64,000 nucleotides of DNA from assembly GCA_024679065.1 (NCBI GenBank), contig JAGIQG010000016.1, positions 56,234,001-56,298,000 of the forward strand, in the 5' to 3' direction. Shown here piece by piece: positions 1 through 11,104 of this stretch (the first letter of the stretch is position 1; each line of letters starts with the position of its first letter). This stretch comes from Sphyrna mokarran. Lineage: Eukaryota. A program made the position numbers and the translations under genes. Below the pieces are notes generated by a model that was not told where the DNA came from, did no database searches, and saw nothing but the letters and a program-made list of their open reading frames with translations.

Positions 1-149
1 GATGTGATAACATACAAACAGGGTAAACTATATAATTGTAAATGTCAAGCAGCACACATGGAGATAAAAATGTCAGGTATTTGGATATTTCCAGCTAGAT
101 TTGGGGACTGTACCTGTACTTGTCAAGCACAGCCACCATTCTTGTACAG

Positions 150-255
150 GCAAGAGCAACAGCTAGTTACCTCAGCAAGATCCCACAAACATGCACTTTT
201 AGTGGTGTTAGTTGAGGTAGGGTGTTGGTCCAGCACGCTAGCAACATTCCCCAGC
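150..255 (-). mobile_element. Deu-domain SINE remnant (SacSINE1/AmnSINE1-like)
   Basis: cagcaagatcccacaaaca...gtgttagttgagg...tggtccagcac resembles the reverse complement of the Deu central domain; related to 10190-10250 and 56315-56835. Confidence 0.45.
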
Positions 256-272
256 TTTTCCTTGAACAATAA

Positions 273-1023
273 CATGGAATAGAGCAGGAGTAGGCCATCT
301 AGCCCTTCGAGCCTGCCCCGCCATTTAATAAGATCATGGTTGATTTGAAGTGAATCAGTTCCACTTTCCCGCTTTCTCCCCATAACCTTTAATTCCCTTG
401 TCCATCAGAAACCTATCTACCCGTGACTTAAATATATTCAGCAAGATAACCTTCAACACTTCAATGGGCAGACAATTCCAGAGACTCACCACCTTTGAGT
501 GAAGAAGTTCCTCCTCAACCTGATCTAAAGTGCACCCCCTCCCCCCTTATTTTGAGGCCGTGCCCTCTAGTTCTGCTATCCTTTCTAAGTGGGAAGAATC
601 TCTCTACCTCTACCCGATCTAGCCCCTTCATTATCTTATATATCTCTATAAGATCCACCTTTAGCCTTCTAAACTCCAACAAGTACAGACCCATCTATTC
701 AATATCTCTTCATAGGCTAACCCTCTCATCTCCGGTATCGGCTGAGTGAACCTTCTCTGCACTTCTTTCAAGGCCAATATATTCTTTTGCAAATGCGACG
801 ACCAAAACTGCACACAGTACTCCAGTTGTGGCCTCACCAGTGCCCTGTACAGTTGCAACAAGACCTCCCTGCTTTTATATTCTATCCCCCTCGCTATAAA
901 GGCCAACATTCCATTTGCCTTCTTGATCACCTGCTGCACCTGCAGACTGGGTTTTTGCAATTTGTGCACAAGGACTCCCAGGTCCCTCTGCACAGTACCA
1001 TGCTGCAGTTTTTTGCCCTTTAA
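273..1023 (-). mobile_element. CR1-clade (HER1-like) LINE, 5'-truncated 3' end
   Basis: ORF 661..993 QRDLGVLVH...KKANGMLAFIARGIEYKSREVLLQLYRALVRPQLEYCVQFWS is typical CR1 ORF2 C-terminus; CR1 3' tail at 273-330. Confidence 0.92.
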
Positions 1024-1036
1024 ATCAGTTCCGCTT

Positions 1037-1190
1037 CTTGTAAATTGAGTTTATCTCTTTATATGTCCTGTTTGTGAATAGAACTCCCATTCACCTGATG
1101 AATGGGCAGCCCTCCAAAAGCTAGTGGCTTTTGCTACCAAATAAACCTATTGGACTTTTACCTGGTGTTGTGAGATTTCTTATTATATTC
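1037..1190 (+). mobile_element. Penelope-like pseudo-LTR fragment with a degenerate hammerhead motif
   Basis: tcac-CTGATGA-stem II-(a)AAAGCT-A-gtgg at 1091-1127, then aataaa and tggactttta cctggtgttgtgag, shared with 59322-59411. Confidence 0.75.
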
Positions 1191-2319
1191 AGTTCTTACC
1201 AGCAGGGGGAATAGGACTTGATATGATCCGTAAATGTGAAAAACATGAACTCAGTAGTATTATTTGAAGTCAGTGCTAGCTTCAAACAGACCCCACTTTG
1301 GCTATTCTAAGGGCTTTAACATACATCATGGAAGTCCCAAATTGATGGAGCAGATATAAACATTCTTTGAAGGGTTGCTGTGTCCAATAAGTACCATAAT
1401 CTGAAGTGCTTTAACTTAGGGGGAAAATGGCTTAAGTTGTCAATGTTAAGAAACTATCATTTGCTGGGTTGCATTGATTCACAGATAATCTGGTATAGAT
1501 GAGAAAAAACATTACCATCTGTTCATACAGTTTCAATAGAGTTCTTTCTTGAACATTTCCCGAGGTTATTATTATGATATAATGTATGTGTGACTGAGCT
1601 AAAGTATCTCAACAGGGAGTTCTAATTTTACAGTTTAAGGGAAAGATTAAAGAGGCTATTAAAGGATTAGCTATTTTGGTGTGGGATCTGAATAGTTTTA
1701 TATATACATAAGATAATGAACACTTGAGGAACTTCTAAAACTTTGAATGAATGGGAATTTTCTGACTATAAATGTTTGAGTGAGATTTGTATTAAATTGT
1801 TCAAAATTATTTTTTTCATCACTACATAGCTCCTGAAATCTGCTCTTGGTCAATTTTGGCTGAGTAACAATGGAGATGACAATGAGATATGAGGGCTAAT
1901 GAGAAAGGTTTTAGGGGGCATGAGGGGAGTAAGTTGACATGGAGGGGCCATGGAGGAGTGGGTGGAAAATGATGTAAAATGTGAAGACCAGGGGACTCAA
2001 AGCTTCTAAAACAACACAGATAAAGTCCCAGGGAACTGAGATGAATCTTCTGTGTAGCCCACCTCAGCACTCACTTGTACCTGTGGTTGCATAGGATCAT
2101 AGGTTCGTCAGCTTCAATGATGCTCCCCCTCCCTTCTCCCTGGAGTGAAAATTGGGAGTAAAATGGCCCTTGATATCAAGAGGAGCTTTCCAAATTGGGA
2201 AATTTCTGCATCGGTAGTAAAAATCCAACCCCAAGTACTCATTGAGATTTTGTACTCAGATCCATAACGAAGTTTAATCCTATAACCTTATGATTTGGAA
2301 GCAAGGGCGCTCTAGTCAA

Positions 2320-2810
2320 CAAAGAAGAACAAAGATTAGTACAACACAGTCACAGGCCATTCAGCCTTCCAAGCCTCACCGACACATGATGCCTTTCTAA
2401 ACTAATGCCTATTTGCCTCCCCATGGTCTGTATCCCTCTATTCCCTGCCTATTCAATATACCTACCAAGGTGTCTCTTCAAAATTGCAATTGTACCTGCC
2501 TCTACCACCTCCTTTGGCAGTGTGTTCCAGGCACTTACATCCCTCTGTGTAAAAAAACTTTCCTCTCACATTTCCTTTAAATTCCCCCGCCTTTTAGGTT
2601 ATACTTATGTCCCCCAGTAATTCACATTTCTGCCCTGGGGAAAAGGACTCTGCCTCTCCGTTCTACCTATGCCTCTCATAATTTTGTAAATTCCTATCGG
2701 CTCACCACTCAGCCTCTGACATTCAAGCAAAAACAGAAAGAGTTTATCCAATCCCTCTGCAAAGATAATATCTCCCAAACCAGGTAACATCCTGGTAAAC
2801 ATTTTCTGCA
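2320..2810 (-). mobile_element. CR1-clade LINE 3' fragment
   Basis: ORF 2605..2811 QKMFTRMLPGL...LDKLFLFLLECQRLSGEPIGIYKIMRG plus CR1 tail. Confidence 0.85.
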
Positions 2811-2970
2811 CCAGAATTAAGTCTCACATTGATCAAGATGTGTATCTTTATACACATAGTGCAAAAATTTTTCTCATTAGGAAGAAATGAGAAATGGTTT
2901 AATCCAACTAGCCAAATAATACCTGAACATTTTTCCATGGAAAGGAAAAGTGTCGGGTTACCCTGCTTAT

Positions 2971-3251
2971 TCATAGAATCCTACAGTACAGAAGGAGGCC
3001 ATTTGGCCCATCGAGCCTGCACTGACAACCCTATCCCCATAACCCCATATATTTACCCTGCTAATCTCCTCGAAATTAGGGTAAATTTAGCGTAGCCAAT
3101 CAACCTAACCTCTTGCATCTTTGGATGGTGAAAGGAAACCGGGGCACCCGGAGGAAACCCACGCAGACAAGGGGAAAGTTTGCACAGATGGTGATGCTTT
3201 GAACCTGGGTCTCTGGCGCTGTGACGTGGCAGTGCTGAGCACTGTGCCACC
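2971..3251 (-). mobile_element. HE1-type V-SINE (CR1-type tail)
   Basis: tRNA-like A/B-box head, V domain gggtttcctccgggtg..ccggtttcct, tail ending gattctatga. Confidence 0.9.
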
Positions 3252-3589
3252 CCATGGCCAGTTGAAGAGAATGGGGAGCGCCAGTGCAACTGAGTACCTT
3301 ACGGAAGGAATAGAGTGAGAAGGAATGAAGCGAGCTCAACAGCACACCAGCAGCAAGGGTAATAGGAGGGAAAAAAAAGAAACGATGTAAACAATTCTGG
3401 TTAAATCAAATGCTTATCTTATCGATGTGGTCACATTTGTTTGATTTTAATTCTACACTGTGGAACCCCAAATCTAAAAAGCATTGAGCAGAATTTACTC
3501 TTTTCCTTGCACAGAGTTCTGCACAGCCAGCTTTTCTCCTCATATTATTCAACATTCTACGTAAGAAGAAATTGAGTCCGTCACACTGG

Positions 3590-4190
3590 CGGGACAGGGC
3601 CAGAAAGGAATAGCAACACTGGGAATCCCGAGATGAGCTTGCCCTTTTTAAAAGGTGTTCAGACCTCTGACTTACAAGAAACAGGAAACCCCACCACACA
3701 CATGGACACCACTTGCTCCACACCCACCGCCACCCCCACTTATATTGGCAACCCCATCTCTATGCTCCACAACTCTGGGAACCCTCACTCCTCCCTGGAT
3801 ACGGAGAACCTTCTCAATCTGGCGGTGTCAGAGGGCCAGGCCAGTGCCATGATGCTGTGGGTGACAGAGTGTTATCCAAGCATATGCCTGCGTGTGTCTG
3901 TGTGTCTCTCCAAAGGGCTACACTTGCCCCTAGTAAGTACCCTTTGCCTGGTTCACATTTTTATAAAGGAATTGTCAGCCTTGCCAGTGTGATATCACAC
4001 TGAGATGGGAGTTCCAAATGTTGGGAGATAAGGTGAGGAAGCTTCACTAATGATATTTAAATATATTTAAATGAGGTTCCCAAATTTCCTGGTTGGTGGG
4101 ATGCGGTGGGCGGAATCATAAAACAAGATCTCCGCAGTGAGGTTCTTCATTTTCTAATTCTCATGGGCATTTGTGCTCATGGGAAATACT
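3590..4190. mobile_element. Decayed GC-rich non-autonomous DNA element
   Basis: C-rich core, ccagtgcca motifs and atttaaatatatttaaat palindrome like those in 31279-32376; termini unclear. Confidence 0.4.
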
Positions 4191-4254
4191 GTTGCAAAAT
4201 GAATTACATTCATTTCAAATAACATTATTTTGATTGGATGGTGAGAATTAGTGT

Positions 4255-5434
4255 GCAGATGAAGATAAAGCAGTTGATGTCGTGTACATGGATTTTAGTA
4301 AGACATTTCATAAGGTTCCCCATGGGAGGCTCATGAAGAAAGTAAGGAGGTGTGGGATAGAAGGAAATTTGGCCAATTAGATAAGTAATGGGCTATCTCA
4401 CAGAAGACAGAGGCTGGTGGTGGAGGGAAAATTTTCAGACTAGAGGCCAGTTACAAGCAGTGTACCATAGGGATTAATGCTGGGTCCTCTGCTATTTGTG
4501 ATTTTTATCAATGACTTGGAAGAGGAAGCTGAAGAATGGGTTAGTAAATTTGCTGATGAACCAAGACTGGTGGAGTAGTGGATGAGGTAGGAGCTCTTGT
4601 AGGTTGCAATGAGACATTGATAGGTCGCAGAGCTAGGCCAAAAAGTAGCAAATGGATTTTAACCCTGATAAGTGCAAGGTGATTCATTTTGGTAGGACAA
4701 ACTTGAATGTGGATTACAGGGTCAACAGCAGGGTTTTGAAGATGTGGAGGAACAGAGAGATCTTGGGGTTCATATCCAGAGATCTCTGAAGGTTGCCATT
4801 CAAGTGGGTAGAGCTGTGAAGAAGGCTTATAGAGTTATTAACAGGTGATTTGAGTTTAAGAGTCATGGGGTTATGCTGCAACTACATAGGACCTTGGTGA
4901 GACCGCATTTGAAATATTGTGTGTAGTTCTGGTCACCTCACTATAAGAAGGATGTGAAAGCATTGGAGAGAATGCAGAGTAGATTTATCAGGATGCTGCC
5001 TGGTTTGGAGGGTAAGTCTTATGAGGAAAGGTTGAGGGAGATGAGGCTTTTCTCCTTAGAGCGGAGGAGGATGAGAGGTGACTTATTAGGAGTTTATAAG
5101 ATGATGAGGGGGTAGATAAAGTGGATGTTCAGAGACTATTTCCTTGGGGGGATGTAGCTGTTACTAGAAGGCATAACTATAAAGTTCATGGTGAGAGATA
5201 TAGAAGGGATGTCTGAGGTAGGTTCTTTACTCAAAGTGGCTGGGATATGGAATGGACTGCCTGCTGTGATAGTGGAGTTGGATACTTTAGGAACTTGCAA
5301 GCGGTTATTGGATAGGCACATGGATCACACCAGAATGATAGGGAATGGGATAGCTTGATCTTGGTTTGGACATAGCTCGGTACAACATCAAGGGCTGAAG
5401 TGCCTGTACCATGCTGTACTGTTCCATGTTCTAT
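4255..5434 (+). mobile_element. CR1-clade LINE, decayed RT through 3' tail
   Basis: Reads DEDKAVDVVYMDFSKTFHKVPHGRL, LGPLLFVIFINDLEE and SKFAD with stops and frameshifts; tail tgctgtactgttccatgttcta. Confidence 0.93.
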
Positions 5435-5448
5435 TAGTTGTTAATAAA

Positions 5449-5766
5449 TGGTGGCACAATGATTATCACTGCTGCCTCACAGCACCAGAGACTGGGTTCA
5501 ATTCCGGCCTTGGGTGACCGTGTGGAATTTGCATGTTCTCCCTGTGTCTATGTAGGCTTCCTCCGGGCACTCCGGTTTCCTCTCACAGTCCAGAGATGTG
5601 TGGGTTAGGTTGATCAGTAATATTAAAGTGACCCTCAGTATCAGGGAGATTAGAAGGACAAAATATATGGGGTTATGGGAATAGGACCTGGGGTGGGATT
5701 GTTGTCTGGGTACGGGCTTAATGGGCCGAATGACCTCTTTCTGCACTGCAGGGATTCTGTGATTCT
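5449..5766 (+). mobile_element. HE1-type V-SINE (CR1-type tail)
   Basis: ggtggcacaatg A box, ggttcaattcc B box, V domain, gattctgtgattct tail. Confidence 0.92.
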
Positions 5767-5799
5767 CTGAAACTAGCAGAACTGTAGCATTGCTCAGGC

Positions 5800-7200
5800 T
5801 GACTCACAGGATGTAAGGTTTTGTAACAATGGCATATCATCACTAAATTGTGTAGTGGAAAGTGTGGCAAGAAATGAAAGTGACATTTACAAGTTGTGCA
5901 TATTATGAATCACCTTTAATATATTTTTTCAAATAAGACGTGATGACAGTTTTGGAATCCAAAATGCAGCAGTTACGAATCCCTGATTATTTCTACGGCT
6001 CTGGTGAACGCTTAACTTGAAGCTGAAAATGATCTCAAATCTCAATAAGGTGTCATCTTCGTAATGACAAACACTTTTCCCACTTGTCTGTAATAATGGA
6101 TGATTGTATTGAGTTTTGTGAATTTAATGAACTTGTAAACTGAAAGTCTAATGATCACATTTCAGTCATTAACTGTAATTAAGCCATTTTGTTGTGACAG
6201 CTTTGGAGCGAATTGAAATCCAAAGGTCATCTGACAAATAACAGCTGCTCCCTCAGTAGACAGGAACGCAGTTTCTTCAGGTCAATAAAATGGGCCTTAC
6301 TCTTCAAAATCCAGACTTGAAAGATAACACTTTGTGAGATATTAGCCCGTTTACAGTTCAGGATAATCATCGCAAGAGATATTTTGTTCAGTAATATGGT
6401 ACTTCTACCTATAATGAGAGATGCACACACTTCATTCTCCTTACTTCCCATTTCCATTTACTATTCCTCACTTGCCTGGCCATTAATAGCCTCAGATTCA
6501 ATTTTGGAAAACTATAACCCTGGGGGAACAAATGAGTATATTCCGAGAATGTTTCTGGGATACTTGTCCGTGCACTTACGACTTATAAAGCATACACTGG
6601 AACAGTGCTACTGCAGTTACATAGAATTATATATAATATTTGTAATAACCATGTTCGTTTGGGACAATTAGTGCAAAACGTGAACTAGATTTCTGATGCA
6701 GCTGGGCATTTTGCCGCTATGGTGTTGCACAGGGATGTATGTTGAGGTTCTGATTGACTGGTTATTTATCCAGCAAGAAATCCTAATGAAATACGAAGGA
6801 AGTATTAAGAAATGGTGCAATCCTGACTGGCTTCTCTGTTATGATAATGAGCTGTTGCTTGAAAAGAATTAAAAGAGAACTCCAGGGATCAACTTAAATT
6901 ACAAATAATTATTTTGTTCACGGTTGCACTATTTTCATTAAGTTTGATTTTTTTTTCTTAAGAACACAAGTTGTGTGTTTTTTTCAATTCTGCATGCATG
7001 TCTGATTTCTGTCAAGGCTGCTTCCTGCATCTGAGATATCAGGTGACCAGCCTTTGATTTTTTTAAAGCAGTCTGCAAATAGCCACTGGGAGCAATGCGG
7101 GAGCAGCCTAGTTGTTGGCTTTCATTCTGATTTTCCTCTTCCTCTCAGGGGGAGGCTCCAATCACAGCCCAAGGCTTTCCTCTGTATGCTTCCACTTGAT
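5800..7200. promoter_or_regulatory. Repeat-free island, candidate conserved non-coding enhancer
   Basis: No recognisable TE; TAATTA 6176, TGACAG 6195, CAAAGGTCA 6221 and GTCAATAAAA 6281 cluster together. Confidence 0.35.
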
Positions 7201-7849
7201 CTGCGTGACTGGAAGCTATTTTTAAAATGCACAACAAAACAGGATGGGGGATAGATATAACATTTGCCTTGAATGCAAAGTGTTTATGTTTTCTTAATAA
7301 TAGACATAAAAGATTCAGCCACTTTAATCAGGTCATTGAAGTTGGCCTATTGGAATACAAGGCTCTGATTAAGGGGCCAACTGATAGTTGTTCGTTATTA
7401 GTTAAAGGATGGCACTAGCCATCATAGGCTTAAATTCAAACATTGGACTTGATGTCCCAAAGCCTTTAAATTTCCTGACATTGTCTAACTTCTTGCCTCT
7501 GGCCCCAGTTGAAAGCAAGGCATTAAAAAGTATTGTTCAATCTTAAAGAAATAATAAAAACAAATAGTTTTCAATTGCAGCTGGAGGGTAGTTTTAACAC
7601 CATTCCAATTTGACTTATCCTTTTTCATTTCAAACAAGTAGGCTTACATTAACGCTGCTTACATGTAGCTCATTGGTTTATTGTTGTGTTTGGTTGTCTG
7701 CAGTCTCGGAAGGTGAGTTGTGGCCAACTTGCAATGCACACCAGCAGTCCGCAATGATGCTTTGTTGTTGTTGGTATTGTTGGCTATTTTCTTTATAATT
7801 TATAATTGTGAGATGGCATTTTTGAAAGTGAAATGTATCTTTGTATTTG

Positions 7850-8115
7850 TGTAACTGTTTTAATAAATAAAAAGTGCAGAGCCAATTGTTGGGCCAATCA
7901 GGGAGACTTTGTATTAAACCAGGAGTGTCGGTTCTTCTGCCACCTCTGAAGGTCATGATGTAGGGATGCCGGCGTTGGACTGGGGTAAACACAGTAAGAA
8001 GTCTCACAACACCAGGTTGAAGGGACACTGACTGATAGCACTCTGTATACTGCTGTTGGAATTGTAAATAAAGGGATTCTTGTGAAGGGAGTTCTGTCTC
8101 TGTGAACATATTACA
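7850..8115 (+). mobile_element. Short solo-LTR-like element, same family as 44782-45010
   Basis: Shared gccaatcagggag, tgtaaataaagggatt and gtgaagg motifs; ends tattaca. Confidence 0.6.
7953..8017 (-). mobile_element. Penelope-like pLTR 3' tail fragment nested in the LTR-like element
   Basis: Reverse complement of acctggtgttgtgagacttcttactgtgtttaccccagtccaacgccggcatc; flanked by tgaagg at 7947-7952 and 8018-8023. Confidence 0.8.
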
Positions 8116-9174
8116 ACCACTTATAAATATTGATTTACTGTAGGATAAAGGGCTTAAAATTGTACAAAATCCAATGTGTCAGTAAACATGCTGCTGATGC
8201 CATAGTTTGATTAAATCATTTTGAGGCACAACTTTAACAGGATATCTTATATATGAAAGAAAACTGGGAGTTGCCAATCAATAATCCATTTTCATCTGAT
8301 AATTCAATCCAAGCAGTACTTCCAGTACAATCCAGTCAAGTACTTCAAATCCAGGATGGAGACAATTTTTGCAACTTGTTGGAAAAAGAAAACAGAATTC
8401 CTTAATTCAAATCGGAATTCCTTAATTCAGTGAATGTGGAACACAGGAAAACAAACTGATGTAATTGCAGAGCACCTTAGGTTAATGGTCCTGTCACTGC
8501 TGATACTAATTCACTTCTGAAACATTGGATTTAATAACCCTCTCATGCCTCTCTTATTTCCCTACATCTGTGCAACTTGTTTAAAATGAAAAGTATAAGT
8601 CAAATTGAAATAGTGTTAAAACTACCCTCCAGCTGTAACTAAAAACTATCCATTTTTATCATTCATGCAAGATTGGATAATGCTTTTTAATATTTCACTT
8701 TCAACTTGTGCCGTGGAAAGAAGTTAGACAACGTTAGGGAACTTTAAGGCTTTGGGGCATCAAGTCTAATGTTTGAGTTGAAGTCTGTGGGCTTCTGTTT
8801 GAGTGATTTCAATGGCATCTAAACTCAACGCAGATTCCCTGTTCTGTGGCAAGAATAGGTATGTGTCCTAATCCCAAGCACAAACATTGCTAAATATTCT
8901 GCCTCATTGGATCCTCCAAGAGTCCTTAGTTCTTCCTGGATGAATGCAACACATTTGTACTGAGGTGGGTGGAGTCTAGGTTCACTGGAGCACAGGGACA
9001 AAACATCCAGTTTTTGGATGCGACCAGTTCTCAAGTAGCCAAGAATTGAGGTACGCTAACTGTATAATCTAGTTTTGAAGTGAACAAGAAACTTTAGAGT
9101 CTGTGTTTTTGGTACAACAAGAAGTGTTCTTCCCAAGATAATATGACTCTCAAACAGTCGCTAAGTTTTTTTAA

Positions 9175-9290
9175 GGTTATTTATTAGTGTCACAAGTAGG
9201 CTTACATTAGCACTGCAATGACATTGCTGTGAAAATGCCCCAGTCGCCACCCTCCGTCACCTGTTCGGGTGCACTGAGGGAGAACATAGC
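9175..9290 (-). mobile_element. V-SINE tail-2 fragment
   Basis: tttattagtgtcacaagtaggcttacattagcactgcaatg matches the reverse complement of the 17072-17370 tail. Confidence 0.8.
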
Positions 9291-9637
9291 CTGGCTTCCT
9301 GCAACATTTCATCCAGAGTCCACTGAATATCCTGCAGGAAAGAAAAGCAGCCAAGGGAAGGGTGCACTGGAGTTTGCCAGCCCGCTTTTATAGATAGGAT
9401 GATTTGTGAAGCCATGGTATATTTTGTCTTGACTCTAGTGTATAACATGGCTCCACTGTGAAGTTGGAGGGAAGGTGTTATTTCAGACTGGTATCAACAA
9501 ACCGCTGGGGCTAAAAGTGTGTGTGTGTGTTGGTCTGAATCTGCAGTAATGCTCAATGTTCCTTCCCTGATCTCGGGGTAACGGTATTCAGCCTGTCCAA
9601 ATAACCTGAATGTGAAACTCAGCTGGCCTCAGCTACA

Positions 9638-9676
9638 TTCAAATTGGATAAGTTTCAAATTGGATAAGTTTCAAAT
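9638..9676. repeat. 16-bp tandem duplication
   Basis: (ttcaaattggataagt)x2 plus ttcaaat. Confidence 0.9.
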
Positions 9677-9752
9677 GGGTACTGCCTGACACAGGCTGTG
9701 CTGAATGAGGAGGAAAATTGGTCCTGTAAAATTTCAAAAAATTGACTTCTTT

Positions 9753-10058
9753 GGCATGGTGCGCAGTTGTTAGCAATGCTGCCACACAGTGTCAGAGACC
9801 AGTCACTGTCTGCATGGGAGTTTGCACATTCTCTCTGTGTCTGCATGAGTTCCTTTCAGATGCTCCAGTTTCCTCCCACAGTCCAAATATATCTTGGTTA
9901 AGTCAACTGGCCGTACTAAATTGTACCTGTGTGTGTGGGGGACTAGCCGAGTAAATACCCTGAGGTTATAGGGATAGGGCCTGGGTGGGATTGGTGTCAG
10001 CGCACGTTTGATGGGCCAAGTGGCCTCATTCTGCACTGTAGGGATTCAGTGATTCTAT
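9753..10058 (+). mobile_element. HE1-type V-SINE (CR1-type tail)
   Basis: V domain and tail; B box deleted. Confidence 0.88.
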
Positions 10059-10189
10059 TTGAAGATCTCTGGTTGATGTGATGTTACCAATGTAAGGTCA
10101 AGTTGACTAGATGATGTCATTTATTGGGTGGTGACACATAAAAGTGAGGTCCATTCTTCCCTTGCAGCACAATTCCAGAGAAGATCCAA

Positions 10190-10250
10190 GAAGGTCTAGC
10201 CAATATTTATTCCTCAACCAACATCATTACAAACCAAATGAGTAATGGAG
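10190..10250 (+). mobile_element. Deu-domain SINE remnant
   Basis: tagccaatatttattcctcaaccaacatca resembles the Deu core. Confidence 0.5.
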
Positions 10251-10681
10251 ATCCGGAAGGAGGAGAAGTTCCAACCTCCTGAAGCTTTCCCAATATGTAC
10301 ATGGTATCTGTAAATAGAGAGTAATGGTTTTTACAAACTACAGGTTTGATTAGCTTATTTTGAGTGAATGGAAATGTCCCTAAGAACATTGTCTGGATAT
10401 TGAACATATGACAAAATAGTTTGTTCATGTCCTGAAGATTCATTAATGTGCCAGTGATCTTTTTCTCCAATACCATCCCTGGATGCTTGCCTCCTGACCA
10501 CCTCCCACTTCTGATGCTGCTTGAAACCTCTATTATTTGCCAGAGAGAAGCCTCCTTTATCGCATCTCTTCTCTTAATCCTGAGGTTACAGAAATATTGG
10601 GCCTGTGAGATCCACAGGTATTCCACAACTTTTGAAAAAGAGAGTTAGTGACATAAAAATTTGTGGGCAGAATTTTGCTTG

Positions 10682-10949
10682 TTTTTTATTAGTCACAAGT
10701 AAGGCTTACATTAACGCTGCAATGAAGTTACTGTGAAATTCCCCTCGTCGTCACACTCCGGCACCTGTTTGGGTTAATACACCAAGCCAGCACCTCTTTC
10801 AGACTGTGGGAAGAAACCGGAGCACCCGGAGGAAACCCACCCACGGGGAGAAATGTGCAAACTCCAAACAGGTAGTGACCCAAGTCAAGAATCAAACCCG
10901 GGTCCCTGGCGCTGTGAGGCAGGACTGCTAACCACTGTGCCACCGTGCC
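10682..10949 (-). mobile_element. V-SINE with tail 2
   Basis: Full head and V domain, tail ...gtaacttcattgcagcgttaatgtaagccttacttgtgactaataaa. Confidence 0.92.
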
Positions 10950-11104
10950 AGCTAGCAGAGTAGTGCAGCAGGCTCCCATTACTTGCCCACTATGGATCCA
11001 ACTGGTACAATCCATTTGTGGTCTTCTATATTAGGTGTATAACACTCAGTGATGGTTATGAGTTTATCACCCAGGTTACACATAGTAGCATCAAGTGGTC
11101 ATTT

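Larger units (their letters stand above)
7423..8789. repeat. Long inverted repeat, arms 7423-7639 and 8575-8789
   Basis: Arms align by eye as reverse complements at about 80% identity, e.g. cagctggagggtagttttaacac / gtgttaaaactaccctccagctg. Confidence 0.92.

Noticed and set aside
3337-3396. Minus-strand IVYIVSFFSLLLPLLLVCC-stop resembling a GPI-anchor terminal exon (reading continues to about 3335)
   Set aside because: Weak acceptor, in-frame stop just upstream, no partner exons; a T-rich tract explains the hydrophobicity.
8395-8429. Direct repeat gaattccttaattca x2
   Set aside because: Ordinary local micro-duplication with no sign of function.
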